DNA of 64,000 nt from Balanoglossus misakiensis. Its lineage: Eukaryota > Animalia > Hemichordata. The stretch lies in NCBI GenBank assembly GCA_040954595.2, contig CM082588.2, positions 12,351,398 through 12,415,397 on the forward strand, given 5' to 3'. The first letter of the stretch is position 1. Each line of letters starts with the position of its first letter. Both the position numbers and the translations under genes were made by a program. Positions 26,703 through 40,502 of the stretch are shown here, one piece after another. The notes under the pieces were generated by a model that did not search any database, had not been told where the DNA came from, and worked only from the letters and a program-made list of their open reading frames with translations.

Positions 26703-27363
26703 AGGGGTTATTACACGAATTTTGGTCGATAACGCGTCGTATTCGAGTGATGTCCGTTTTTGACGAGTTGCGAAGCGAAGTCAAAATACGGACATCACGA
26801 GAATGCATTGCGTTATCAACCAAAATTCGTGTAATAACCCCTTTATCATACATGCCTACCTATAAAACAGTACAATTTGCGAAAATGCGCCGAGAAAAAC
26901 GATTTCAAATTTGAACGGGCACCCTGGGATCACGGCAGTAGCCATGTTGTGACGTATGCATGTGGGCCGTAGTATCATTTTAAGGGGGTTGGCAGCTTTC
27001 ATTACGATGGGCACATCCGCATTCTAAATAAAATTGTCTACATTCTCTTTCAAAATATCATGTTAACAATTATTTTGCATTGAGAATTTCGAAGAAGTAA
27101 AAATGATAGGTTCAACATGGCAAAACTGCCAGCTTTGAAAACGTTATTACAGCTTCTAATAATCGAATTTTACAACACCCCTCTCCACTAGTGTCCTATG
27201 CCCCATACGTCGCTCGCACGCGCAGCGAACTGTCGCTCCGCGCGTTCTCAAAAATAGTTCGAGACGCGGAGTGAAGATATATTGCACTCAGTGTATACCG
27301 TAAAATATCTTCGGGGCGAGAACAATGGAAAGTGCCAAATACAGGCGTTGCATGTATGATAAA
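26703..27363. mobile_element. Palindromic-arm non-autonomous element (Crypton-like)
   Basis: About 140-bp hairpin aggggttattacacgaattttgg..ccaaaattcgtgtaataacccct, then tttatcatacatgc, inverted at the far end (gcatgtatgataaa). Confidence 0.65.
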
Positions 27364-27688
27364 GACATTTATATGATGACATTATCACATTCAGTTTGAA
27401 GTAAGACAATGAATGATAATTATTTTTGTTTTCTTCTAAGTGTCCCATTGATTCATTCAAATGCGGTGATTGTAAGTACAAAATACACACAAATTACTAT
27501 TTTAACCATGCAGTGTTACAGAGGCTAATGAGGCCACAGGAGTAATTTTTTTATTTCATGCCTGTAATAAAAAATTCATGAAATAAAAAAATATATTCCT
27601 GTGGCCTCATTAAGCCTCTATACAGTGTTAATAGTGTAATGAATGACACCAATTTTTTGATTACGGATTTGATGTTTTGCTTTAGCAG

Positions 27689-27812
27689 TCCATCCCAAAC
27701 ACCTTGTGGAGCACCCATTTGTACGAATGCATCACCAGCTTGTGTTTTAGACCCCACATCTCTTGGTTTTGACATGGCTGATGTTGAAGTCATCAATAAC
27801 TTGCATGCAAGG
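27689..27812 (+). pseudogene. PRKDC: DNA-PKcs exon, frameshifted
   Basis: tagcag| SIPNTLWSTHLYECI, a +1 shift, then ACVLDPTSLGFDMADVEVINNL |gtaagt; 124 bp. Human counterpart recalled as CEPASIGFNIGDVQVM. Confidence 0.85.
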
Positions 27813-28288
27813 GTAAGTATTATTATAAGAATTTATAACGGTTTTCCCCATATTTTAAACAAGTGTGTCTGTGTTGTGAATGAGTGATTCCTTTATGGGG
27901 GGATTGCAGCTATAAGGGGAATCAATAGTCTGTAACACAGGTACACGAGTGAGGACTAATGACGAGAAAGATATGTTTATCACATACATACATCAGCTAA
28001 TTTTGATTGTCAAATAAAACTTGTTAGGATGAAATTTGGAACTATGTTGTGCCAAAATGAAGAGATCAATATTATGCGGTCCCATTTGTCAGGTGCCTTT
28101 GTGGAAGAATTTTTTTTTGCAAAGAAATGATGCATAATGAGAATGGCATGAATTTCCTCTTTAGCATGCTAGTTAAAGGGCCGGGTTTGGAAGTGCTAAG
28201 CATTATTTGGTTGAGCTCTCATCCATTCAGACTGGCAGATGGTAGCATGATATAATATTTATAATTGTTATTTTATCATTGGGAGCAG

Positions 28289-28384
28289 ACTTGACAATTA
28301 CTGGGACTGCTTGCACAGAAAGCACCTAAGAGTGTTGTGATGGATTTGAAAAAAATGTATCCAGAAGATGCTTGGCCAGAAAGG
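28289..28384 (+). pseudogene. PRKDC: DNA-PKcs exon with stop and frameshift
   Basis: gagcag| T*QLLGLLAQKAPKSVVMDLKK, then a shift in the A-run to CIQKMLGQK, ending at |gtaagg. The 96-bp length does not fit the phase-2 start of the next exon. Confidence 0.6.
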
Positions 28385-28447
28385 GTAAGGATTGATAATC
28401 ATTCAGTGACTCAGAGTGCTAATGAAATGGAATTAAGTCTCTCTGTT

Positions 28448-28482
<35 letters not shown>
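28448..28482. repeat. (CAT)n microsatellite
   Basis: About 11 ATC units. Confidence 0.9.
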
Positions 28483-28562
28483 AATCTCTGTCATTAGATC
28501 CTCATAATCTCTGAGCAAAATAGACCACCAAAATGACAGTGTCTTATCATTATCTATTACAG

Positions 28563-28701
28563 ACATGATGATATTCTCCTGATTACACCATCTTTACTGA
28601 AAGGCAGTGAGAAGGATGTTAACGTTATCAAACTGATCCAAATGGTATCAGAATATGAACAGCTTCACAAGGCAAACTTGCTTCCAGCGTTGCAACAAAA
28701 G
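28563..28701 (+). pseudogene. PRKDC: DNA-PKcs exon
   Basis: tacag| ... |gtcagt; DVNVIKLIQMVSEYEQLHKANLLPAL resembles human [22 protein letters not shown]. Confidence 0.8.
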
Positions 28702-29434
28702 GTCAGTTACTGAATAAGCCAAAGATGAGGGAGTTCTTAAACCCCGGTGCGTAAAAGGCCGGGGTTCGGATTAACGTGTGTTTGTATAGTTGTTTATTTG
28801 GGAGTGGTCATCGTGCATAACAACTGTGTAATTGATCTCATGTACATTGAAAATAATTGAACACCTTACAACTCCATGCGATTGACAGCTGTTTGAATTG
28901 CGTGGCCATTGTTTCCCAGGGACGCGATCCATTGTTCTGAAAAGCACTGAAACCAGATTTCTCCCAAAATCATTGTTGTTTCCAAAGCTCGTTTACTTTT
29001 TCGTCGATAACTTTATGTTGGACTGCAAACTTGTGCCAGTATTTAGCAGTATTTATTTTCTGTCATATGCAGAACAAGTGATAATCTCTAGCCTTTTACT
29101 TAGATATTTCCACAGGCTGGATAATGTTATTTCTGATTGATTTGATTTGGTTCTGTTTGTGGAATCATGAACATGGAAAGGGGACAACTCCAATATCAGA
29201 CACGAATAAAACACACCTTTTTTCAACAAGCTTCCTGTGGAAAATAAACTCTTGTAACACAGCAACCGGGAAAGTTACAATACATACGGAGCTTTAGCCT
29301 TTACAATACAAGCTTATGTGATCCAGGAATGTAAAAACGCCTTCATAATAAGCCAGATAACATTTACCAGTATGCCCTTTTCTGATTTTGGATATATTAC
29401 AAAGTAAATGGCAATATTTTTATTCACACTGCAG

Positions 29435-29596
29435 GGAGGTATCACTGGTGATAAACTGTCCTACAAGTTGTTGACTGCTGTGTTTGAGAGCATTGCTACA
29501 AAGACAGGCAACTCACTTATCCCTGTCCATCTTTCACCAACCCCACACGGACTGGCTACCAGACTCCTAGGGCTGGCTTTCCTACAAGCTAATCAG
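29435..29596 (+). pseudogene. PRKDC: DNA-PKcs exon (last before the internal gap)
   Basis: tgcag| ... |gtaatg; 162 bp; KLLTAVFESIA..LATRLLGLAF resembles human ELLSLVYKGIA..LASGLLELAF. Confidence 0.8.
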
Positions 29597-29619
29597 GTAA
29601 TGATATTCAGAAGTAAAGA

Positions 29620-29865
29620 AACTCATGGCCTTACCCTGGAGTACATTTCTAACATGGTTAATCAATATACCCCTTCTCGCAACTTAAGGTCTCAGGAAAA
29701 GAACCTTCTGACAACAACACAGTACAAGCAAGTCAATTGTGGACGTGCATTTTCTTATGCTACTGCAAAGCTATAGAACTCACAGCTTAATGAGATTTGA
29801 CTAGCACCCAATCTTGAGTCTTATAAGATAAAACTGAAGACATATTTCTTTGAAAAAGCCTACAG
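29620..29865 (+). mobile_element. L2-group LINE 3' fragment
   Basis: HGLTLEYISNMVNQYTPSRNLRSQEKNLL..GRAFSYATAKL*NS..KLKTYFF is a typical L2 ORF2 C-terminus. Confidence 0.7.
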
Positions 29866-29934
29866 TGTGTGAACAACCATTGGCCGCCACTGAACAGTAA
29901 ATCTGGATATTACCGGCATATAAATGTTTTTGAT

Positions 29935-30073
29935 TAGGTCCCATTGGTATGTACCATGGGACCTTATGGAATAGGTTACGTCTGTATGTATGTATGTATG
30001 TATGTATGTATGTATGTATGTATGTATGTATGTATGTATGCATGCATGCATGCATGTATGTATGTATGTAACA

Positions 30074-30104
<31 letters not shown>

Positions 30105-30640
30105 TGTATGTATGTATGTATGTATGTATGTATGTATGTGTGTATGTCTGGATATCTGTATGTCCGTCCACATCAAAAACTTAAAAAACCTGCGTGTATC
30201 ACCTTGATATTTGGTGTGCAGATGCAGGCTGGGCTGTAGATGGGAGTTCGTTCAAATGAAGTTGTCATTGCCAAAAATATGCAAATTAGCTGGGAAACTG
30301 TGAATTTGGTCAAAACTCAGTAACTCAAGAACTACTGGTCAGATTGCTTTATGAAGTGGTGTGTATTTACTTTATTGAGTTGTTTATATACACAGCAAAT
30401 TCCTGAATGATTACATAACTGGCTAAGTTTTAAAGAGACCAGCTGTTCTATTTAGTGTATGTACAGTACAAATGCCATTGGCAGCTTATGGGTCAGTCAG
30501 TGCTTGCCCATTGATCTCTCGCTATGTGTGTGTGTGTGTGGGTGTCTGTCTGTCTGTATATGTGAAAAAGTGTACTCCGGTGTACACTTTTTCTTGTGCA
30601 ATTCCTCAATGCGACCATTGTGTCCTTGACACGATTTTTG
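29935..30640 (+). mobile_element. Helitron2-type family B copy with expanded (TATG)n
   Basis: Same ends and body as 22668-23277; (TATG)n at 29983-30140. Confidence 0.75.
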
Positions 30641-30673
30641 ATTGATTGATTAATTGAACTTTGTCATGTTGTT

Positions 30674-31342
30674 ATAATATTCATTATTACACCTCATGTA
30701 TTATACCGTATTCATGATTGGCTGAGACGCGCTCACGTGATATAGAAGAAAAAGTGATATAACATGGCTAGAGTCGATAAAGCCCTGTCGCGTGCGCTGA
30801 TATTGGCCGCTGAGTTGTTTTGGTGTTCTGCGTACGACTTCTGCGCGTACTAACTGTCGTTCAATGGCTTCCTTCATGATCAGTCAACTCCCGCATCTAT
30901 GGCTTCAAAGCGACACATAAGCTTAATACCTGTTCAAATGGACGATATTTTATTGCAAACGGACAGTAAATACACCAAAATCGCAACCAACAGTGCAGTA
31001 TCCTCAAAATTGTCTGAGTTCGAAGTAGGTATAGTTCTTGGGAGATCAAGACATTTTACATTCTCAGCAACGTACGACATACGGACGTGAGTCTACGTAC
31101 TTCTATGCTGTAGTGTATATATGTTCAAATGTTCGGCGTAATAAAATTAATAGCACATGATGCTTCGGCAACATCACGATTTGAATCCTGCCCTTGGGCT
31201 GGTGCTCTCTGACCACAATATTGATGATACCCTCGCCTACGGCTTGCCTGCGGCTCGGGCATCATCAATATTGTGGTCAGAGAGCACCATCCCTCGTGCA
31301 GGCTTCAAATCGTGATATTGCTCTCTCTATCATGTGTTATTA
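30674..31342 (+). mobile_element. Crypton-like relic with tyrosine-recombinase N-terminal remnant
   Basis: MASKRHISL..MDDILLQTDSKYTKIATNSAVS followed by YFYAV resembles the N-terminus of DUF3504/Crypton proteins. Terminal hairpin centred on ctcgcctacggc..ggctcg at about 31150-31340. Confidence 0.5.
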
Positions 31343-31344
31343 TT

Positions 31345-34300
31345 GGGGGCACAAGCGCCCTCAGGCGGCTTGTGCCCCCATTGTTATTGTTGGAATATTT
31401 AGGGCCCAAGCCCAGCAGGCTTGGGCCCTATTGGTATTACTGGGGTTTTTTAGGGCCCAAGCGCATGCAGCGCTTGGGCCCTATTGTTATTATCCTGGTT
31501 TTTTAGGGCACAAGCCCAGCAGGCTTGTGCCCTATTGGTATTACTGGCTTTTTTTAGGGCCCAAGCCCAGCAGGCTTGGGCCCTATTGTTATTACTGGCT
31601 TTTTTCTTCTACTTCTTCTTCTTCTTTTTCTTCTTCTTCTTCTGTCGTTTTCTTTGGCGAGGTAGATCTGGAAAACTGCTAAACCTACCAATTTCAAACT
31701 TGGCACAATGGTGCAGGCCAATGAGAGCTAGTGCAGTACCCTTGTGAATGTTAAATTAGTCACGTGACCTGATGACCATATATGGGCAAAATTTCCAAAT
31801 CGGCCTTATTTGCATATGAATGGAGATATCAAAATTCTTTTAGCAACTTTTGTGGACCATGTGGTCAGTGTCCTACATGCCAAATGTCAAGGCCATTGGC
31901 CATTCCAATTTTGAGAAGAAGATTTTTAAGTATTATTTTTCATATTTTTTACCAAGCCATGGGCCTATACTTTCCATAGTAAAGCCATGACCACATATTA
32001 GTTTGGATAAATATGCATATATATCTCAAAATCTGTTAGGCCGATCATCTCCAACTTTGGTGTGCAGCTAGCCTAGCATTTGTCAATAATTTTAAGCGAA
32101 AAAAAATAGTATGAAAAATCGACCGATTTTTTTATATTAATTTTTTTATTAAATAATACCTTTACTTATACCTCTATGGTTAAGCTATGTCCATGTCTTA
32201 TTGTGGAATTCTGATCTGTGCAATAGTCCTGTACAGTGACTGTCTATTGGTCGGTGAGCACAATGGCACCAAAATAAAAGGCACAATTTTAGGCTCACCT
32301 GTAACACCTGCTTAACTCATTAATTATGTGCATACCTACTTCCAGGCTAACCAATAGGGCTATAGGTTTGGTTTTTGTTGAACATGGACCAGTATAGGGT
32401 CAAAATTTCTTCCCCAAATTTTGCATGTCCTCAGGTGACCTTTGACCTACTTTACCAGATCTTGGCATCCAGAGCAGGTACAGACTTGGCGTTTGGAGGG
32501 TTGGTACTAAAATTGAAAAGGCAAAATTGGGGGTCACCTGTGACACCTGCCTACCTCATTAATTATGTGCATACCTAATTCCAGGCTAACCAATAGGGCT
32601 ATAGGTTTGGTTTTTGTTGAACATGGTCCAGTATAGGGTCAAAATTTCTTGCCCAAATTTTGTATGACCTCAGGTGACCTTTGACCTACTTTACCATATC
32701 TTGGCATCCAGAGCAGGTACAGACTTGGCGTTTGGAGGGTTGGGACTAAAATTGAAAAGGCAACACTGGGGGTCACCTGTGACACCTGCCAACCTCTTTA
32801 ATTATGTGCATACCTAATTCCAGGCTAACCAATAGGGTTATAGGTTTGGTTTTTGTTGAACATGGACCAGTATAGGGTCAAAATTTCTTGCCCAAATTTT
32901 GTATGACCTCAGGTGACCTTTGACCTACTTTACCATATCTTGGCATCCAGAGCAGGTATAGACTTGGCGTTTGGAGGGTTGGGACTAAAATTGAAAAGGC
33001 AACACTGGGGGTCACCTGTGACACCTGCCTACCCCATTAATTATGTGCATACCTAATTCCAGGCTAACCAATAGGGTTATAGGTTTGTTTTTTGTTGAAC
33101 ATGGACAAGAATAGGGTCAAAATTTCTTGCCCAAATTTTGCATGAACTCAGGTGACCTTTGACCTACTTTACCATATCTTAGCATCCAGAGCAGATATGC
33201 TTATTGCTATGTTGCTCTGTGCTGTGTTGGCTTGGGCCTGCTATTGCTGCTTGCAGCTATATTTCTTCTACTTCTTCTTCTTTAGGGCACAAGCCCCACA
33301 GGCTTGTGCCCTATTGGTATTGTTGGCTTTTTAGGGCCCAAGCCCAGCAGGCTTGGGCCCTATTGTTTTTACTGGAGTTTTTTAGGGCCCAAGCCCAGCA
33401 GGCTTGGGCCCTATTGGTATTACTGGCTTTTTTCTTCTACTTCTTCTTCTTTTTCTTCTTCTGTCGTTTTCTTTGGCGAGGTAGATCTGGAAAACTGCTA
33501 AACCTAACAATTTCAAACTTGGCACAATGGTGCAGGCCAATGAGAGCTAGTGCAGTACCCTTGTGAATGTTAAATTAGTCACGTGACCTGATGACCATAT
33601 ATGGGCAAAATTTCCAAATCGGCCTTATTTGCATATGAATGGAGATATCACAATTCTTTTAGCAACTTTTGCGGACCATGTGGTCAGTGTCCTACATGCC
33701 AAATGTCAAGGCCATAGGCCATGTCAATTTTGAGAAGAAGATTTTTAAGTATTATTTTTCATATTTTTCGCCCAAGCCATGGGCCTATACTTTACATTGT
33801 ACAGCTATGGCCACATATTATTTTGGATAAATATGCATACATATCTCAAAATCTGTTAGGCCGATCATCTCCAACTTTGGTGTGCAGCTAGCCTATTATT
33901 TGTCAATAATTTTAAGCGGAAAAAAATAATATGAAAAATCGACCGATTTTTTTATATTAATTTTTTTATTAAATTTATACCTTTACTTATACCTCTATGG
34001 TTAAGCTATGTCCATGTCTTATTGTGGAATTCTGGTCTGTGCAATAGTCCTGTACAGTGACTATCTATTGGTCAGTGAGCACAATGGCACCAAAATAAAA
34101 GGCAAAATGTTAGGCTCACCTGTAACACCTGCTTAACTCATTAATTATGTGCATACCTAATTCTGGGCTAACTAAGAGGGCTAGAGGATTCGTTCTTGTG
34201 GGACATGGACCAGTATAGGGTCAAAATTTCTTGCCCAAATTTTGGGTGACCTCAGGTGACCTTTGACCTACTTTCCTATATCTCGGCATCCAGAGCAGGT

Positions 34301-37300
34301 ACAGACTTGGCGTTTGGAGGGTTGGGACTAAAATTGAAAAGCCAAAATGGGGGTCACCTGTGACACCTGTATATCTCATTAATTATGTGCATACCTAATT
34401 CCAGGCTAACCAATAGGGCTATAGGTTTGGTTTTTGTTGAACATGGACAAGTATAGGTTCAAAATTTCTTGCCCAAATTTTGCTTGACCTCAGGTGACCT
34501 TTGACCTACTTTACCAGATCTTGGCATCCAGAGCAGGTACAGACTTGACGTTTGGAGTGTTGGGACTAAAATTGAAAAGCCAAAATTGGGGATCACCTGT
34601 GACACCTGCCTACCTCATTAATTATGTGCATACCTAATTCCAGGCTAACCAATAGGGCTATAGGTTTGGTTTTTGTTGAACATGGACCAGTATAGGGTCA
34701 AAATTTCTTGCCCAAATTTTGCATGAACTCAGGTGACCTTTGACCTACTTTACCATATCTTGGCATCCAGAGCAGATATGCTTATTGCTATGTTGCTATG
34801 TGCTATGTGCTATGTTGGCTTGGGCCCGCTATTGCTGCTTGCAGCTATATTCTTCTACTTCTTCTTCTTTTTCTTCTTCTGTCGTTTTCTTTGGCGAGGT
34901 AGATCTGGAAAACTGCTAAACCTACCAATTTCAAACTTGGCACAATGGTGCAGGCCAATGAGAGCTAGTGCAGTACCCTTGTGAATGTTTAATTAGTCAC
35001 GTGACTTGATGACCATATATGGGCAGAATTTTCAAATCGGCCTTATTTGCATATGAATGGAGATATCAAAATTATTTTAGCAACTTTAGCGGACCATGTG
35101 GTCAGTGTCCTACATGCCAAATGTCAAGGCCATTGGCCATGCCAATTTTCAGAAGAAGATTTTTAAGTATTATTTTTGATATTTTTTGACCAAGCCATGT
35201 GCCTATACTTTCCATAGTAAAGCTATGACCACATATTATTTTGGATAAATATGCATACATATCTCAAAATCTGTTAGACCAATCATCTCCAACTTTGGTG
35301 TGCAGCTAGCCTAGCATTGGTCAATATTTTTAAGCAGAAAAAAATAATATGAAAAATCGACCGATTTTTTTATATTAATTTTTTTATTAAATTTATACCT
35401 TTACTTATACCTCTATGGTTAAGCTATGTCCATGTCTTATTGTGGAATTCTGGTCTATGCAATAGTCCTGTCAGTGAGCACAAAGGCACCAAAATAAAAG
35501 GCACACTTTTAGGCTCACCTGTGACACCTGCATATCTCATTAATTATGTGCATACCTAATTCCAGGCTAACCAATAGGGCTATAGGTTTGGTTGTTGTTG
35601 AACATGGACCAGTATAGGGTCAAAATTTCTTGCCCAAATTTTGCATGACCTCAGGTGACCTTTGACCTACTTTTCCATATCTTGGCACCCAGGGCAGGTA
35701 CAGACTTGGCGTTTGGAGGGTTGGGACTAAAATTGAAAAGCCAAATTCTGGGTCACCTGTGACACCTGCATATCTTATTAATTATGTGCATACCTAATTC
35801 CAGGCTAACCAATAGGGCTATAGGTTTGGTTTTTGTTGAACATGGACCAGTATAGGGTCAAAATTTCTTGCCCAAATTTTTGCATGACCTCAGGTGACCT
35901 TTGACCTATTTTCCCATATCTTGGCATCCAGAGCAAATATGCTTATTGCTATGTTGCTATGTGCTATGTTGGCTTGGGCCCGCTATTGCTGCTTGCAGCT
36001 ATATTCTTTTTCTTCTTCTTCTTCTTCTTCTTCTGTCGTTTTTTCGGCCAGGTAGATCTGGAAAACGGCTAAACCTACCAATTTCAAACTTGGCACAATG
36101 GTGCAGGTCAATGAGAGCTAGTGCAGTACCCTTGTGAATGTTTAATTAGTCATGTGACCTGATGACCATATATGGGCAAAATTTTCAAATTGGCCTTATT
36201 TGCATATGAATGGACATATCAAAATTCTTTTAGCAAGTTTTACGGACCATATGGCCAGGGTTCTACATGCCAAATGTCAAGGCCATAGGCCATGTCAATT
36301 TTGATAAGAAGATTTTTAAGTATTATTTTTCATATTTTTCGCCCAAGCCATGGGCCTATACCTTACATAGTAAAGCTATGAACACATATTATTTTGGATA
36401 AATATGCATACATATCTCAAAATCTGTAAGGCCGATCATCTCCAACTTTGGTGTGCAGCAAGCCTAGCATTTGTCAATAATTTTAAGCAAAAAAAAATAA
36501 TATGAAAAATCGACCGATTTTTTTATATTAATTTTTTTATTAAATTTATACCTTTACTTATACCTCTATGGTTAAGCTATGTCCATGACTTATTGTGGAA
36601 TTCTGGTCAGTGCAATAGTCCTGTACAGTGAGTGTCTATTGGTCAGTGAGCACAATGGCACCAAAAAAAAAAGGCAAAATTTTAGGCTCACCTGTAACAC
36701 CTGCTTAACTCATTAATTATGTGCATACCTAATTCTGGGCTAACTAAGAGGGCTAGAGGTTTCGTTCTTGTGGGACATGGACCAGTATAGGGTCAAAATT
36801 TCTTGCCCAAATTTGGGGTGACCTCAGGTGACCTTTGACCTACTTTCCTATATCTCGGCATCCAGAGCAGGTACAGACTTGGCGTTTGGAGGGTTGGGAC
36901 TAAAGTTGAAAAGCCAAAATAGGGGTCACCTGTGACACCTGCATATCTCATTAATTATGTGCATACCTAATTCCAGGCTAACCAATAGGGCTATAGGTTT
37001 GGTTTTTGTTGAACGTGGACCAGTATAGGGTCAAAATTTATTGCCCAAATTTTGCATGACCTCAGGTGACCTTTGACCTACTTTACCATATCTTGGCATC
37101 CAGAGCAGATACAGAATTGGCGTTTGGATGGTTGGGACTAAAATTGAAAAGCCAAATTGGGGGGTCACCTGTGACACCTGCCTACCTCATTAATTATGTG
37201 CATACCTAATTCCAGGCTAACCAATAGGGCTATAGGTTTGGTTTTTGATGAACATGGACCAGTATAGGGTCAACATTTCTCGCCCAAATTTTGCATGACC

Positions 37301-38889
37301 TCAGGTGACCTTTGACCTACTTTTCCATATCTTGGCATCCAGAGCAGATATGCTTATTGCTATGTTGCTATGTGCTATGTTGGCTTGGGCCCGCCATTGC
37401 TGCTTGCAGCTATATTCTTCTACTTCTTCTTCTTCTTCTGTCGTTTTCTTTGGTGAGGTAGATCTGGAAAACTGCTAAACCTACCAATTTAAAACTTGGC
37501 ACAATGGTGCAGGCCAATGAGAGCTAGTGCAGTACCATTGTGAATGTTTAATTAGTCACGTGACCTGATGACCATATATGGGCAAATTTTTCAAATCGGC
37601 CTTATTTGCATATGAATGGAGATATCAAAATTATTTTAGCAACTTTTGCGGACCATGTGGTCAGTGTCCTACATGCCAAATGTCAAGGACATTGGCCATG
37701 CCAATTTTGAGAAGAAGATTTTTAAGTATTATTTTTCATATTTTTTGACCAAGCCATGGGCCTATACTTTCCATAGTAAAGCTAAGACCACATATTATTT
37801 TGGATATATATGCATACATATCTCAAAATCTGTTTGGCCAATCATCTCCAACTTTGGTGTGCAGCTAGCCTAGCATTTGTCAATAATTTTAAGCGGAAAA
37901 AAATAGTATGAAAAATCGACTGATTTTTTTATATTAATTTTTTTATGAAATTTATACCTTTAATTATACCTCTATGGTTAAGCTATGTCCATGTCTTATT
38001 GTGGAATTCTGGTCTGTGCAATAGTCCTGTACAGTGACTGTCTTGTGGTCAGTGAGCACAATGGCACCAAAATAAAAGGCACAATTTTAGGCTCACCTGT
38101 AACACCTGCTTAACTCATTAATTATGTGCGTACCTAATTCTGGGCTAACTAAGAGGGCTAGAGGTTTCGTTCTTGTTGGACATGGACCAGTATAGGGTCA
38201 AAATTTCTTGCCCAAATTTTGTATGACCTCAGGTGACCTTTGACCTACTTTTCTATATCTCGCCATCCAGAGCAGGTACAGACTTGGCGTTTGTAGGGTT
38301 GGGACAAAAATTGAAAAGCAAAAATAGGGGTCACCTGTGACACCTGCATATCTCATTAATTATGTGCATACCTAATTCCAGGCTAACCAATAGGGCTATA
38401 GGTTTGATTTTTGTTGAACATGGACCAGTATAGGGTCAAAATTTCTTACCCAAATTTTGCATGAACTCAGGTGACCTTTGACCTACTTTACCATATCTTG
38501 GCATCCAGAGCAGATATGCTTATTGCTATGTTGCTATGTGCTATGTTGGCTTGGGCCCGCTATTGCTGCTTGCAGCTATATTTTTAGGGCCCAAGCCCAG
38601 CAGGCTTGGGCCCTATTGGTATTACTGGCTTTTTAGGGCCCAAGCCCAGCAGGCTTGGGCCCTATTGTTTTTACTGGAGTTTTTAGGGCCCAAGCCCAGC
38701 AGGCTTGGGCCCTATTGGTATTACTGGCTTTTTAGGGCCCAAGCCCAGCAGGCTTGGGCCCTATTGTTTTTACTGGGGTTTTTTAGGGCCCAAGCCCAGC
38801 AGGCTTGGGCCCTATTGGTATTACTGGGATTTTTTAGGGCCCAAGCCCAGCAGGCTTGGGCCCTATTGGTATTACTGGGGTTTTTCTTC

Positions 38890-38921
<32 letters not shown>

Positions 38922-40470
38922 GTGTCGTTTTTTTGTCCAGCTAGATCTTGAAAACGGCTGAACCTACAAATCTCACATTTGGCACAATGGTGCAGGGCTA
39001 TGAGAGCTGGTGCAGTACCCTTGTGAATGTGTAATTAGTCATGTGACCTGATGACCATATATGGGCAAAATTTTCAATTTGGCCTAATTTGCATATGAAT
39101 GGAGATATCAAAATTCTGTTAAGATACTTTGTGGGCCATATGGCCAGGGTTCTACATGCCAAATGTCAAGGCCATAGGCCATGTCAATTTTGAGAAGAAG
39201 ATTTTTAAGTATTATTTTTCATATTTTTTTCGCCCAAGCCATCGGCCTATACTTCACAAAGTAAAGCTATGACCACATCGTATTTTGGATAAATATGCAT
39301 ACATATCTCAAAATCTGTTAGGCCGACCATCTCCAACTTTGGTGTGCAGCTAGCCTAGCATTTGTCAATAATTTTAAGCGAAAAAAAATAATATGAAAAA
39401 TCGACCGATTTTTTTATATTAATTTTTTTATTAAATTTATACCTTTAATTATACCTCTATGGTTAAGCTATGTCTATGTCTTATTGTGGAATTCAGGTCT
39501 GTGCAATAGTCCTGTACAGTGACTGTCTATTGGTCAGTGAGCACAATAGCACCAAAATAAAAGGCACAAGTTTAGTCTCACCTGTAACACCTGCTTAACT
39601 CATTAATTATGTGCATACCTAATTCTGGGCTAACTAAGAGGGCTAGAGGTTTCGTTCTTGTGAGACATGGACCAGTATAGGGTCAAAATTTCTTGCCCAA
39701 ATTTTGGGTGACCTCAGGTGACCTTTGACCTACTTTCCTATATCTCGGCATCCACAGCAGGTACAGACTTGGCGTTTGGAGGGTTGGGACTAAAGTTGAA
39801 AAGCCAAAATGGGGGTCACCTGTGACACCTGCATATCTCATTAATTATGTGCATACCTAATTACAGGCTAACCAGTAGGGTTAGAGGTTTCGTGCTTGTG
39901 GGACATGGACCAGTATGGGGTTAAAAAAAATTGCCTAAATTTTGGATGACCTCAGGTGACCTTTGACCTACTTTCCTATATTTCCGCATCCAGAGCAGGT
40001 ACAGACTTGGCGTTTGGAGGGTTGGGACTAAAATTGAAAAGCCAAAATTGGGGTCACCTGTGACACCTGCTTATCTCATTAATTATGTGCATACCTAATT
40101 CCAGGCTAACCAATAGGGCTAGAGGTTTGATTTATGCTGAACATGGACCAGTATGGGGTCAAAATTTTTTGCCCAAATTTTGGGTGACCTCAGGTGACCT
40201 TTGACCTAATTTACCATATCTCGGCATCCACAGCAGATACAGCCTTGGCATTTGGAGGGATGGAACTCCTGATGGAGCCTTACACTTTATCTCATTAATT
40301 ATGCGCATACCTAATTGTAGGCGAACCAATAGGGCTAGAGATTTTGTTCTTGTGGGACACGGACCAGTATGGGGTCAAAATTTCTTGCCAAAATTTCGGG
40401 TGACCGCTTATGACCTTTGACCTTCGGCTTAAGCTTGGGCCCGTCATCGCTGCTTGCAGCTATATTCTTC

Positions 40471-40502
<32 letters not shown>

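Noticed and set aside
29801-30207. ORFs with YIHT/MYVC repeats (also 22576-22883 and 49511-49729)
   Set aside because: They are translations of (TATG)n/(GATG)n microsatellites.
38581-38880. CRISPR-like array of palindromic ~49-bp repeats (also at 31400-31600 and 33280-33430)
   Set aside because: There are no unique spacers and no cas genes, the context is eukaryotic, and the units are Helitron2 5' termini.
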